Shown here: positions 26,313 to 36,123 of the stretch, in pieces
How the letters are laid out: each line of letters opens with the position of its first letter
Position numbering within the stretch: position 1 is the stretch's first letter
Virus record (IMG/VR): IMGVR_UViG_3300014204_000127
Location: 1-64,000 of that record
Source: a virus
Lineage: Duplodnaviria; Caudoviricetes
Strand: one strand, 5' to 3'
Length of the DNA: 64,000 nucleotides
Made by a program: the position numbers and the translations under genes
Notes under the pieces: model-generated
Databases searched by the model: none
Told to the model about the DNA's origin: nothing
What the model saw: only the letters and a program-made list of their open reading frames with translations

Positions 26313-26667
26313 ATATCAATCTATTAACTTGTTATTTGAAGATGTATTCTATCATATAAATTTGTTATGTCAATGCTAAAAAACAGAAAAAAGTATTTTT
26401 ATTTTCCTTGACAGATTATAATAAGCATGATAATATGCTTTCTGATTTATTATTTACGATGCAAAACAATACACATAAAATAAAGAACCACAAAGACATA
26501 TAAAATGCTTCGTGGTTTATGTTTATTTATGTTGGGAGTATACTATATATTGTGTACTGTATATATTGTGTACTGTATATCCTGTATATTCTATATATGG
26601 TGTATATACGATACTGGTACGTCCACTTGAATGACAGGATAAGAAGTAATGGACATGCACAGTTGGC

Positions 26668-26726
26668 TATGAGTACACACAAATCCAAGATTTATACATG
26701 CATATGAGTATGTGGAAATCCAAGAT
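26668..26726. repeat. 59-bp dispersed element, copy 2
   Basis: 50/59 identical to 8314-8372. Confidence 0.85.
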
Positions 26727-26836
26727 TTCTGTTAGTTTTTATTATATTTTACATACAGGTCTTGTTAATATCTTGCACATTAACATATGAGCCAATATAA
26801 TAAAATAGTCCATGTTTTTTTGTTTGTTTTCCCTGA

Positions 26837-27628
26837 TTATTCAAATTCTTTGTCATCAATATCATTCAAAAACTGTATATTTTTGTAAGCATAATGACAA
26901 ACAAGTTGTTTATTCCAATCATACCCATATATTTCTATTGGAAGTCCGTCTTCTATTGATAGATATATTATTGTTTTCATAGCAGGGTACTCCGTGTTGT
27001 ATGTCAAGTATCTTATAAGAATTATACAGTCTCTGCCATCTATATTAACAATACCCCCGGAATCTATTTGGCAATCCCCCCTAGACTTGGCTGAAGTATA
27101 TACACTAATAAGATTTTGAAGGGTGTTTTTAAATCCAAATCCTGTGCAGGGATTTAAAGTGTTTTTCATAACATCAGAATCATTTGGCAGTTTTTTAATG
27201 GTTTTTCCTGTAAAAAGAGATATAAACTTGCTTTTGGGGAAAATGAGCATCTGGGGGACACTATCTTTATTATAATTCTTGTTGCCAACATATATAATTT
27301 TACTTGCAAAAGGTATGTTTTTTGTCCACACCATTTTAAGGCTAAAAGGGGTTTCTTTAAAAGATACCTCTATTTCCTGTTCTTTGCCAAGACTGCCATT
27401 TATTTTCTCTTGCTTTATAAAAGTACACCTGTAAGCCCTTTTATTATAAGAGTTTAAAGCCCTTGTCAGTATCTTTATATGGTTTGTTTTGGCTAGATTC
27501 TGTATTTCAAGATATGTGTTAGAAACATTCTTTCCACTTAAAGGCATTTTTGGATTGTGATGTCCCTGATAAGCCTTCCATAAAATTAAAATAAAAAGTA
27601 GGGAAAGAATTAAAGAATACCGTAGCAT
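26837..27628 (-). CDS. DUF1571-like exported/membrane-anchored protein
   Basis: N-terminal TM; YRCTFIKQEKING...PFSLKMVW pattern; TAATG coupling. Confidence 0.65.
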   Translation of the reverse strand: MLRYSLILSLLFILILWKAYQGHHNPKMPLSGKNVSNTYLEIQNLAKTNHIKILTRALNSYNKRAYRCTFIKQEKINGSLGKEQEIEVSFKETPFSLKMVWTKNIPFASKIIYVGNKNYNKDSVPQMLIFPKSKFISLFTGKTIKKLPNDSDVMKNTLNPCTGFGFKNTLQNLISVYTSAKSRGDCQIDSGGIVNIDGRDCIILIRYLTYNTEYPAMKTIIYLSIEDGLPIEIYGYDWNKQLVCHYAYKNIQFLNDIDDKEFE

Positions 27629-28020
27629 TATTTTATATCCTTTTCTTTCAAACACTCTTTCAGTGCCGCTATCTGGGCTGCGTCGAAAGAGTTTATATCT
27701 TGTGCAATACATGCAGTGGATTGATTTTCACAGCAATGCCCTCCACAGCATATATTTTCTAATTCGGGGGTTTGTCTTATTACTTCATACCCCATCACTC
27801 TACCGTCCACAAAATATATTTGTATTTCAAAGCCCTTTTTCTCCAGCCATTCACGGCATGCTCGCTCGAAGATGGCAGCAGCTTCATAATCACTGATATT
27901 ATGCGTGGAGAAGAACCATGCTTTATAGCGATTATCATAAGACAGAGCATTAATGTTATATTGCCCGATGGGTATATTAAGCTCTTTCATAAGCTCGTAT
28001 TTGCGTAAGGTGTTATTCAT
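27628..28020 (-). CDS. hypothetical protein (paralog of 41160..41483)
   Basis: KYELM...ERACREWL...SF..AQ. Confidence 0.78.
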   Translation of the reverse strand: MNNTLRKYELMKELNIPIGQYNINALSYDNRYKAWFFSTHNISDYEAAAIFERACREWLEKKGFEIQIYFVDGRVMGYEVIRQTPELENICCGGHCCENQSTACIAQDINSFDAAQIAALKECLKEKDIK

Positions 28021-28192
28021 TTGGTTTCTCCGTTATCACACATCGAATCAATATATTCTTTCTCTTGAGATAGCTTGACCACAATATTTTTCAGACCACT
28101 CTGCGAATCGGTAAACCCAAAATTTTCGCAATTGTTATATGCTCTGATTGCGTGCTTCCATGCTAAATCAATATCCTTTTTTAACAAAACAT

Positions 28193-28390
28193 TCATTTTT
28201 TCATCTCCTTTTCTATATAATCAGCTATAAAGCGGGCGGTCTGGGCGGTCATAACCATACTAGGATGGTGCTTGTAGTATACCTCGCCGTCAATATCGGT
28301 GAAAATCCCTATTGGTGTTGAGCCCTTGTGTAACCATCTCTGTCCATCATGTTCCGGCAGGACTTCGTATTCGCCTTCAATCTTTTCCAT
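28193..28390 (-). CDS. hypothetical protein
   Basis: ORF with RBS. Confidence 0.65.
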   Translation of the reverse strand: MEKIEGEYEVLPEHDGQRWLHKGSTPIGIFTDIDGEVYYKHHPSMVMTAQTARFIADYIEKEMKK

Positions 28391-28446
28391 CGGTAAATCC
28401 TTTCACCCATTGCGGGTATTCGTGGTATTCTTGCCGTCGAGAATCA

Positions 28447-28659
28447 CTATGCGAAACCTATCACGCGAGGCACGCGGATTTTAATCTTATTGCCAACCTT
28501 TGGTTCACGCGGTAAATCCTCGCGGCACATCTCGATAAAAATCTCACTGTCAAATTCTGTCCGACAGTTCAGCTTCCAGTGGTCGGCAAAAATATCCCAT
28601 TCAGCCTTGAGTATTTCAGCCGTAATAAATTCTCTACGTTCAGTCATTTTCGTTACCAC
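28447..28659 (-). CDS. hypothetical protein
   Basis: ORF track. Confidence 0.6.
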   Translation of the reverse strand: MVTKMTERREFITAEILKAEWDIFADHWKLNCRTEFDSEIFIEMCREDLPREPKVGNKIKIRVPRVIGFA

Positions 28660-28662
28660 CTT

Positions 28663-28920
28663 TCAAAAATATATCTTGCAAAGTTTTCCGACCTGACGAG
28701 AGATTTGTAGTTGCGTCATGTAACAATCGCTCGTCCACATATACTGCCTACCTCCACAAATAAAATATATGTGGGTATAATAGATGTAGGTTGTATAGCA
28801 AAATAGACCATAGGGAGTGTGTACATTACCATCATAATAAATTTCCTTGCCGATATTATGCTTTGACCGCCAGCCATGCTCAACTCGACGTTGTTTAAAA
28901 CTTGATATTTTGGTTTTCAT
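28663..28920 (-). CDS. hypothetical protein
   Basis: ORF track. Confidence 0.65.
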   Translation of the reverse strand: MKTKISSFKQRRVEHGWRSKHNIGKEIYYDGNVHTPYGLFCYTTYIYYTHIYFICGGRQYMWTSDCYMTQLQISRQVGKLCKIYF

Positions 28921-29122
28921 TTTTCCATTCCTTTCCCTGCACGCAGGGGTTAGTTGTTAATCATCGCCCATGTATTGCAGGCGGTATTTCAGTTAGAGGC
29001 AGCCATTTGTTTGAGTGCTTTAGCGGCCTCATCAAGCTTGCAATGTTCTTCATAGGTTACACCGTTGACTGTAATCCAAAAAAAGGTTGTGTATGTTCCA
29101 ATATATCCCATATTGTCGCTCA

Positions 29123-29560
29123 TCATTCACCTGCCTTTTTGCGCGAGTCAGCAATATGGTTCGGCGTTGCAGTTACCTTGCTATCCTGCCACCTGCCGGT
29201 GTAGGAGACGGGGCGATTGATTTTAATAGCAGTTTTAAACTTTACCCAAACTCCGGCACGGTCGATAACGTAAGAGATATACATAAGGTCTGCATGCTCT
29301 CCCGTATCAAACCACCAACTGCAATCTGATTCCTGAAATACATCAACGCGCAACCCCGTCAAGTCCGCAAGCTCTTTGACTTCGGCATTCTTGGCCTGCT
29401 CTGCCACAAGTTTCTTTTTGCAGCGGGTAAGCTGTCCTTTGAGAGCAGAGTATTTTCCCCTCCATGATGTAGCAGCCTGTTCAAATATTTTTGCAGTTTC
29501 AGTCATATCCCATAAGGCCGCCGCAGCTTCCTCATATTTCTTTTTCCAGTTAGTTGCCAT
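29123..29560 (-). CDS. hypothetical coiled-coil protein
   Basis: GGAG RBS. Confidence 0.7.
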   Translation of the reverse strand: MATNWKKKYEEAAAALWDMTETAKIFEQAATSWRGKYSALKGQLTRCKKKLVAEQAKNAEVKELADLTGLRVDVFQESDCSWWFDTGEHADLMYISYVIDRAGVWVKFKTAIKINRPVSYTGRWQDSKVTATPNHIADSRKKAGE

Positions 29561-29813
29561 GATTTTTCTCCAATTTATTTAGCCTTTCGACTATTTTATT
29601 CAGGTTTTCCTTTATTTCAATTTGTGTTTTTGATATCAAAGCCTGATTATCAAAACATGCGTTCAAATCTCTTTCAACAATCTTCGATTGTTTGCTGCTA
29701 CTACAGCCCAAACTAATTAAACTAACCAAACCAACGAAGCCTAGTATAACACATGTAACGCCAATTTCAAGCCATTTTTTAGAATTATTCAATTTTTTCT
29801 CCATATTCCTCAA
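29550..29813 (-). CDS. membrane/lipoprotein-like protein
   Basis: Hydrophobic segment ending LGC. Confidence 0.65.
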   Translation of the reverse strand: MRNMEKKLNNSKKWLEIGVTCVILGFVGLVSLISLGCSSSKQSKIVERDLNACFDNQALISKTQIEIKENLNKIVERLNKLEKNHGN

Positions 29814-29849
29814 ACCAGATTTTTTTAAATTCTTTTCTATAGTTCTTAG

Positions 29850-30530
29850 TCAAATGCCATTTTTTGCCCATCTATTTCCACTATTAAAAGCTCCGCACAT
29901 GTCATCTATAGTAAAGGGAACCTTATATTTTTCAAAATATGCTTTTATAACAGCCCTACACTTGACATCAATCCAGACATTTATATCATAGCACCATTCT
30001 GGACTATTTATATCTACTCCAAGTTGTTCACACCCATCTATCCAAAATACCTTTTGTATCTGATAAGGGCCGAGTTCCCCATATGAACCGGGTTCTTTTG
30101 TATTCTGTCTGTTCTCTTTAAGATGAAGTACATGAAAGAATTTTGCCATAAAAGCATCCTCTATATATGTTATCTCTTTATAGCCTATTATTTTGGGTAG
30201 TTTTCTTTTGGGAACCCCTCTGTTGTTTTCGGCCAAAAGCAATATTGCTTGTTTAAAAGGAGATGTCTGTGGTGCTTTTTTGTTCCAATACGCATTATTT
30301 TCATCAATATTAAGGTTTTTATACGCTTTACTGGTTATCTCACTAATAGGTTTATTGTACATTCTTTTTGCTTTCGTACTTCCATCACACATATAAACTA
30401 CTACAACAAAAAGAATTATACACAAGGGTAGTATTGAGGATTTACACATCATTTTTATCAAACTCCTGTTCCAGCATTTTGCAGGCTTCTTCAAAAGATT
30501 CACAACTATGTTCAATTTTGTTTTTAACAT
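29850..30530 (-). CDS. membrane-anchored lysozyme-fold (i-type/transglycosylase-like) protein
   Basis: KE...GELGPYQIQKVFWIDG...FNSG; true start probably MMCKS. Confidence 0.55.
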   Translation of the reverse strand: MLKTKLNIVVNLLKKPAKCWNRSLIKMMCKSSILPLCIILFVVVVYMCDGSTKAKRMYNKPISEITSKAYKNLNIDENNAYWNKKAPQTSPFKQAILLLAENNRGVPKRKLPKIIGYKEITYIEDAFMAKFFHVLHLKENRQNTKEPGSYGELGPYQIQKVFWIDGCEQLGVDINSPEWCYDINVWIDVKCRAVIKAYFEKYKVPFTIDDMCGAFNSGNRWAKNGI

Positions 30531-30684
30531 GGTTCTTCACTACTATTCCTTTTCCTGTTACAATAATGTTGCCAATACAGTTTCCCGTTTTGTCTGTAAT
30601 ATGATAGGCAAAAAAACAATCGAGGGATGCAACTATATTTTTCCCAACATATGATGTTATTATTTCTGTGAACTTTGTAGACAT
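30442..30684 (-). CDS. hypothetical protein
   Basis: ORF with RBS. Confidence 0.6.
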   Translation of the reverse strand: MSTKFTEIITSYVGKNIVASLDCFFAYHITDKTGNCIGNIIVTGKGIVVKNHVKNKIEHSCESFEEACKMLEQEFDKNDV

Positions 30685-30697
30685 ATAAGTATCCTAA

Positions 30698-30907
30698 TTA
30701 AAAAATTGCTAATATTATCTCATATATAAACTCAATTACAAGGTAAAAAACTAATATAAAATAACAAAACCATAAAAAAAGCAATGTGCGTTTAATAATA
30801 ATATTTGTACTGTATATGGCGATATTTGAGAAAATCCCTATCAAAATTATACAAAAAAGCATCAACAGCAGTATAAAAATAAACATAGTTTTAATGTTCC
30901 TTTGCAA
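30698..30907 (-). CDS. small membrane protein
   Basis: Two hydrophobic segments. Confidence 0.5.
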   Translation of the reverse strand: MQRNIKTMFIFILLLMLFCIILIGIFSNIAIYSTNIIIKRTLLFLWFCYFILVFYLVIEFIYEIILAIF

Positions 30908-31115
30908 GATTGTGTAAAATATTTAATATTTCTTTCTGTGTGTTCAGCATGTTGTCTATCTGGGCTTGAAGGTATTTTTGTCCAACTAACCATTCAGGGT
31001 CAGTTACTAAATTGCCCTTGCTATCCTGTTCATATATCCTCATTTTATTTCTCCTCTTACTGTTTTTGTATTCAGTATTTTGATACATCATACCACAATA
31101 TTCCAAGATTGTCAA
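30891..31115 (-). CDS. hypothetical protein
   Basis: ORF; AGGAG precedes internal MRIYE. Confidence 0.55.
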   Translation of the reverse strand: MTILEYCGMMYQNTEYKNSKRRNKMRIYEQDSKGNLVTDPEWLVGQKYLQAQIDNMLNTQKEILNILHNLAKEH

Positions 31116-31351
31116 TGCTTTTTTATATTTTTAATAAGTAGAAATACAACACATAAGATTTTTATACAAAAAACTCCTATAAATACCACATCAAGACATG
31201 CAAAAACAACGTATCTTATACACAGTTCGTCCTTTATATAATATAGATGTAGTAAATGTGCTGAACACAAAACTATTCCTAGAATACAGATAAATATACT
31301 ATATACACCTTGTTTCATGCTATTGTAGCCCACAACACTATTTACATACAT
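31112..31351 (-). CDS. small membrane protein
   Basis: Two hydrophobic segments. Confidence 0.55.
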   Translation of the reverse strand: MYVNSVVGYNSMKQGVYSIFICILGIVLCSAHLLHLYYIKDELCIRYVVFACLDVVFIGVFCIKILCVVFLLIKNIKKH

Positions 31352-31498
31352 CCCTTAAGTAAACTAAGGTACAATAATATAAATATCAAAACTGCTGTTG
31401 ATACTATACAATAGTTTTTTATTTCACTCATAATATAAAACAGTTTACCATATGTATTAAGGAAAGTCAACACCAAAATTGAAAAATGCTCAATTAAA

Positions 31499-32032
31499 TT
31501 ATTTAAAATTTATGTAACTGACAAGCCGTTTGTTTCTAATCAACGTGGAGACCGGGCGATTTGGAAAAGCATCCCTATACCAACTCGGTACATCTCTTTT
31601 AGTCCACTGTGCAAACCCGTGCTTGTCCCCTATATAGTAATTGCGATAAGAAGCGACAGGGGTGTCTAGTATAGGATATTCTTTCATGCAAATGGCGAAG
31701 GGGGTTAAGCCGGTGTCGGGAATGCCAGGACACGAAAGCATTTCAAGAGCTCTTTGTGTTTCAGAAATCTTTTCATATCTATAAGTATATTCCTGACAAA
31801 GCTTTATAGCAAAATCATATAACCAAAGCCAGTTCTGCCTAGATGCTTTTGTCCATTTAGAACAAGGATGGTTAACATGCACTGTTTTATAAGGAACGTA
31901 AGCACTTGAATCTATATATTTTATGGCATTACACAGCATTTGTGTGGCTTCCAGCGGCATTTTTACTATATGTTTGTCACAGTGGTATTGTGCTGATAAT
32001 GTTGTATCGTTATCTAATATAAAAATATAAAA
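31499..32032 (-). CDS. pyrimidine-dimer DNA glycosylase (DenV-like); lacks canonical start codon
   Basis: Frame reads FYIFILDNDTTLSAQYHCDKHIVKMPLEATQML...HVNHPCSKW...YRNYY. Confidence 0.8.
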   Translation of the reverse strand, partial: FYIFILDNDTTLSAQYHCDKHIVKMPLEATQMLCNAIKYIDSSAYVPYKTVHVNHPCSKWTKASRQNWLWLYDFAIKLCQEYTYRYEKISETQRALEMLSCPGIPDTGLTPFAICMKEYPILDTPVASYRNYYIGDKHGFAQWTKRDVPSWYRDAFPNRPVSTLIRNKRLVSYINFK

Positions 32033-32215
32033 TTATTCTACCGGTCTACCATCATCAGTCAGTAGACTAAAGCAGTCGGGCTTTTCTATAAACTTGCAAA
32101 TAGGAAGCCCAAACTCTTCCGCTTTTTTATATATTTCTGGTGTAAGTCGTCTATCACAGTCAGTATTGTGACACGCTAAAAACTCACAAAATGTTCTATC
32201 TTTGTAACATAACAT
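32033..32215 (-). CDS. small Cys-rich phage protein
   Basis: MLCYKDRTFC motif. Confidence 0.75.
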   Translation of the reverse strand: MLCYKDRTFCEFLACHNTDCDRRLTPEIYKKAEEFGLPICKFIEKPDCFSLLTDDGRPVE

Positions 32216-32231
32216 GGGGTTTATTTCCTTT

Positions 32232-32501
32232 TTAATTTACTATCCAATCATCTAGGTCATCTAAATCATATGGGTCTCCATAACCGTTATATTCATCATA
32301 TTCATTATATTCATTATATTCATTTGAATCGTCAGGGACATTCGAATCCCTTAATTCAGTACTCCTACTATCTTTAATTCTTTTTCTTGACTCTATCTCC
32401 CCGTCACAGTCCGGTTCAATACAGATATATCGGTCGGGGAGTCCAACACACCCATAATCTACAACCATATCCCCACCACATTTTGGACAGTATTTTTTCA
32501 T
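32232..32501 (-). CDS. Zn-ribbon protein with acidic tail
   Basis: CPKCG...CIEPDC. Confidence 0.7.
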   Translation of the reverse strand: MKKYCPKCGGDMVVDYGCVGLPDRYICIEPDCDGEIESRKRIKDSRSTELRDSNVPDDSNEYNEYNEYDEYNGYGDPYDLDDLDDWIVN

Positions 32502-32512
32502 TTTTATTTTCC

Positions 32513-33508
32513 TTATAATGTTTCTTTAAACACCAACCCACTGTCTTTGGCAGCCTTGTTTGCCAATTCTATTTTTTTAATAATTTCCCGTCTGTTTTTT
32601 ATAATTTCTTGTTCTTTACTAGTCTTTTTAACATTATCAAACATTTCTACAATGTTATCAGATATTTTGTATCTATTTAAATCAGTGGAACTCACTGCAT
32701 ATTCTTTCCTAACTGCATCTATGTACATGGTGTGCCGCCCATCGTCGCCCATATAAAACTCGTTCCATTCATATTCTGACAGCAATCTCTTTACATCTAG
32801 TTGTTTAATAGCAAGATTGTCAAAACACACCACCTTAAACCATTTAAGTGAAAGCATATCAGGGAGTACATTGTACAATCCTTTTTGATTAAAGTCAACA
32901 ATATTCTTCATGTTTTTTAGATATGTTTCGCCCTTTCGGATGTTCTTGTATCCAAGAATAAGAACTTTAAGTCCATTATTGGCAATGCTTTGGTAGTCTT
33001 TCATACTATGTACGCCATTTATAGTATGTATTACAGCATGTTCGAACCGTTTTACTTTTTCTAAAAATTCTGGTGTGGCTTCTACTATAGATACACCAAT
33101 ACCTTTGAAGAGATTCTCTTCGCAAAGGGATTTAATGTAGTCAAAATCTCGTTCAAAATGTACCTGATTTACAGTAATATTGGCAACAATTTGCTTATTT
33201 TTAAGTTTTATAAGAAATTCTTTAAAATCAGGATGGTCTGTGGGGCTTCCTCCTCCAATCGCAATTTCGGTATGTGGCATGAGGGTGTCTATAAACTTTA
33301 GTCCAAGAATGTTGGCATGTTTGCCATTTATTGACGAGTTCTCGTGACACATCGGACAATTTCTGTCGCAAAAGTCAGTTATCTTACAGTCAATGTTTTC
33401 AGGAAATTCTGCATCAAAGAAGTCTGCTTCGGTTTCCCTTATCTTTGTACCATCGTCAAACAAAGTTACAGTATAGTTGCCATTAATATATTTTCCAAGT
33501 AGCTTCAT
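32513..33508 (-). CDS. radical SAM protein
   Basis: CDRNCPMC, IAIGGG, YMGDDG. Confidence 0.9.
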   Translation of the reverse strand: MKLLGKYINGNYTVTLFDDGTKIRETEADFFDAEFPENIDCKITDFCDRNCPMCHENSSINGKHANILGLKFIDTLMPHTEIAIGGGSPTDHPDFKEFLIKLKNKQIVANITVNQVHFERDFDYIKSLCEENLFKGIGVSIVEATPEFLEKVKRFEHAVIHTINGVHSMKDYQSIANNGLKVLILGYKNIRKGETYLKNMKNIVDFNQKGLYNVLPDMLSLKWFKVVCFDNLAIKQLDVKRLLSEYEWNEFYMGDDGRHTMYIDAVRKEYAVSSTDLNRYKISDNIVEMFDNVKKTSKEQEIIKNRREIIKKIELANKAAKDSGLVFKETL

Positions 33509-34161
33509 TGTATTTCCTTATTGCTGTTGCATTTTTCTATTGCTCTTCGCACTCTTTGCCTATAATTCCTTTTCCTTCTCTCTAGTAGCCAACATATTTT
33601 TGGCTGTTGTTCATTAGTACGGTATTTGCTATTCAAATCCCTTGCATCTGTTATTGTTTTTAGAATGCTATGTATTTTTCTAACACTTACAATGCCAAGT
33701 TTATTGTCGTTAAAATATTTGGCAGACTTGTGTAATATGTTTTCATGTCCAGCATATAAATATTTCTCCACAGTTGCTTTAGTTTCTGGCAATAAAGTTT
33801 GCCACATTTTTTGACACTTTTCTACAAGTTCCCTATATTCAGGGGAAATGCAGTCAAATATCTCTAATGCATCCAGATACGCAAAAATATAGGGGGTATT
33901 TGTAGAAGAGGGCAGTATATTACACAAATAACAAGGTCTTTTGCTGTCCTTTTTAATAAAAGACACAGCGAGGTGTATAGAACTTTTTGTAATTACATCA
34001 GCACATGGAATTTTTGTATACTGGGGGTCAAACCTTGCCCAATATTTTTCTTCATATTCCATAATTTTATTAGCATATTCAATAACCCTATTATGGTCTA
34101 TTGTTACGCTTGTTTTATCTAACACTACTTGTGCATCTGGATGTATAGGTCTATCTATCAT
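33505..34161 (-). CDS. hypothetical protein
   Basis: ORF, coupled to neighbours. Confidence 0.7.
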   Translation of the reverse strand: MIDRPIHPDAQVVLDKTSVTIDHNRVIEYANKIMEYEEKYWARFDPQYTKIPCADVITKSSIHLAVSFIKKDSKRPCYLCNILPSSTNTPYIFAYLDALEIFDCISPEYRELVEKCQKMWQTLLPETKATVEKYLYAGHENILHKSAKYFNDNKLGIVSVRKIHSILKTITDARDLNSKYRTNEQQPKICWLLERRKRNYRQRVRRAIEKCNSNKEIQ

Positions 34162-34164
34162 GGA

Positions 34165-34479
34165 TTATTCTAAACTTCTTTGCCTTAATTTTCTATCTAT
34201 TTCTTTTTTAGTTATGTTTTTAAGTATTTTTAACACATTTGGCCATTCAATATAACCATCATAGGGATTGTCTGATAACATTTGTTCAAAAATAAGAACA
34301 CCATCTACAGCTGTCACTACATGGTCAGAAGTACCCACTGATATAGTAAGGCATCCGTGACGATACCTTACATACACCCATCTATCCTCAAATGTCTGAA
34401 ATGTCCATTGAGATGGGCATTGTGTTACACCACCACTAAGATTTTTTATAGGTATCATAATAACTCCATATATTATCAC
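34165..34479 (-). CDS. hypothetical protein (CPSQW...YVRYRHG family)
   Basis: Recurrent phage motif. Confidence 0.75.
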   Translation of the reverse strand: MIIYGVIMIPIKNLSGGVTQCPSQWTFQTFEDRWVYVRYRHGCLTISVGTSDHVVTAVDGVLIFEQMLSDNPYDGYIEWPNVLKILKNITKKEIDRKLRQRSLE

Positions 34480-34494
34480 ACTGTTTTTAATATG

Positions 34495-34824
34495 TCAATC
34501 CAAATTTTCAAAATTTTTAAGAATATTTGCAGCCCCTATATCCCCTTTTTCTGCCAAACCCTTAATATATTCAAACATAATAGGGGAGTTGACCATCAAT
34601 GCAACGTTCCCAACTGATTCTTCGTGGAAAACCCTCGTGTTATTAAGTCTTTTCGAAACGGGGCTTAAAACAAGATTATCTGGAATTTGGGACTTTATTA
34701 TAGCAATTTCCTGCCGTCCCCTATCACCAGAACAATCTATGGTTATTTCTGCCACAACTTTTATACCCTTATCCACATATTCAAAGGATGTTCTTGGTTT
34801 CCAAGTTCCTTTTGTATACTTCAT
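34495..34824 (-). CDS. hypothetical protein
   Basis: MKYTKGTW start motif. Confidence 0.7.
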   Translation of the reverse strand: MKYTKGTWKPRTSFEYVDKGIKVVAEITIDCSGDRGRQEIAIIKSQIPDNLVLSPVSKRLNNTRVFHEESVGNVALMVNSPIMFEYIKGLAEKGDIGAANILKNFENLD

Positions 34825-34825
34825 A

Positions 34826-35446
34826 TTATATCTCCCAGATACTTTCTATATTTTCAAAATTTTTAAAAATATTTTTAATCTCATTGTATTCAAATGGTCT
34901 GAATTCCGAATGGTTGTCTATACCCACATCAAGTGCATAATTACCCCTGTAGGGCGTTCCATGTGCATGACCGTAGAAGTGCATGTCTGCAATACCATTT
35001 TGCCATCCTGGGTCAAATATATGCCTTAGATACACCGTTGAGCATCCTTTTTCCTGTTCGGCATCTTCCACATCAATATATACACCCTTTTTTGTGCTGC
35101 TATGAAAAGAAACAAACCTACTTGCCATCTTTTTCATGTAACTATCGTGATTTCCACTAATAAAATGAATCTTACCGTGCAGAGCGTCAATTATATCAAG
35201 AACTTTGGACTGGTTTTGTTTAAAATCAAAACAAAAATCACCTAAAAAGAAGATATTAGCATCGTCTGGCACAGTTTTATTCCAATTTTTTATAATAGCA
35301 CTGTGCATCTTGTCTAAAGATTCATAAGTTCTGTTTGCACAATACTTTAGAATGTTTTTATGAAAGAAATGTGTATCCGAAGTGAAATACACGGGGGATT
35401 CATAATAATTATTCATACATTTCATACGTTTTTGTCTCTCTTCCAC
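34826..35446 (-). CDS. calcineurin-like metallophosphoesterase
   Basis: SDTHFFH, LGDF, GNHD, GHAHG, DVGID. Confidence 0.9.
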   Translation of the reverse strand: MEERQKRMKCMNNYYESPVYFTSDTHFFHKNILKYCANRTYESLDKMHSAIIKNWNKTVPDDANIFFLGDFCFDFKQNQSKVLDIIDALHGKIHFISGNHDSYMKKMASRFVSFHSSTKKGVYIDVEDAEQEKGCSTVYLRHIFDPGWQNGIADMHFYGHAHGTPYRGNYALDVGIDNHSEFRPFEYNEIKNIFKNFENIESIWEI

Positions 35447-35642
35447 AGAAAGAACATCTATATGATGTCACCAAATATGTGTTCCAATTGTTACCCATAG
35501 AAACGTACTTATGAGTTTGTTCAAAAGGAACATAATCATGCCCTTCAAAAGAACCACAGGTCTTTTGTCTAATTATTTGATCACGCTTGGCAGATATGAT
35601 GTAAAATAATAACCATATAAAGAGCAATAGAAGTAATTTCAT
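35409..35642 (-). CDS. hypothetical protein
   Basis: TM plus Cys motif. Confidence 0.6.
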   Translation of the reverse strand: MKLLLLLFIWLLFYIISAKRDQIIRQKTCGSFEGHDYVPFEQTHKYVSMGNNWNTYLVTSYRCSFCGRETKTYEMYE

Positions 35643-35752
35643 TTAGTCACCATTCTGTATAATGCTATAAGTGTTGAGTATTTATAAGAATTTCTTTGTT
35701 TTTCATCTAATATCCCATTTACATCCAAATAAAGATTCCAATATTTATACCA

Positions 35753-36079
35753 CTAATCATCTAATATCTGTCTTATCAACACATCCTTAATTCTCTCGCT
35801 CATTGCCGAACAGGATGTTGCACTTCTTTCTATCCATTCCCTGTTTGTTATACTGCCATGTACATTTCTATCATACTTCACCATAGGTTGCCCACATTGG
35901 TAATAATAATTCAAGGGATGTCCGTTCCGTTCAAGACAGTTGGTACATATTTTATTGTATGTTCCACATGTATCCTCAATAGGGCTGCTTAGTCTTTCCG
36001 TTGCTTTACTTTGAAAAGTGAGAAAATCCTCACTGTTTGCAGTGAATGCTTCCATTATAATTTCATTTTTCGTTTTCAT
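35753..36079 (-). CDS. hypothetical protein
   Basis: ORF after promoter. Confidence 0.65.
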   Translation of the reverse strand: MKTKNEIIMEAFTANSEDFLTFQSKATERLSSPIEDTCGTYNKICTNCLERNGHPLNYYYQCGQPMVKYDRNVHGSITNREWIERSATSCSAMSERIKDVLIRQILDD

Positions 36080-36123
36080 ATCAAGTAGTTTACCACATTC
36101 TTTTATTTTGTCAAGTACTATTT

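Noticed and set aside
31397-31412. Self-target of the solo TnpB guide (GATACTATACAA)
   Set aside because: Only 9 contiguous matches in AT-rich DNA, expected by chance
32285-32325. 9-bp tandem repeat
   Set aside because: Encodes NEY repeats in an acidic protein tail
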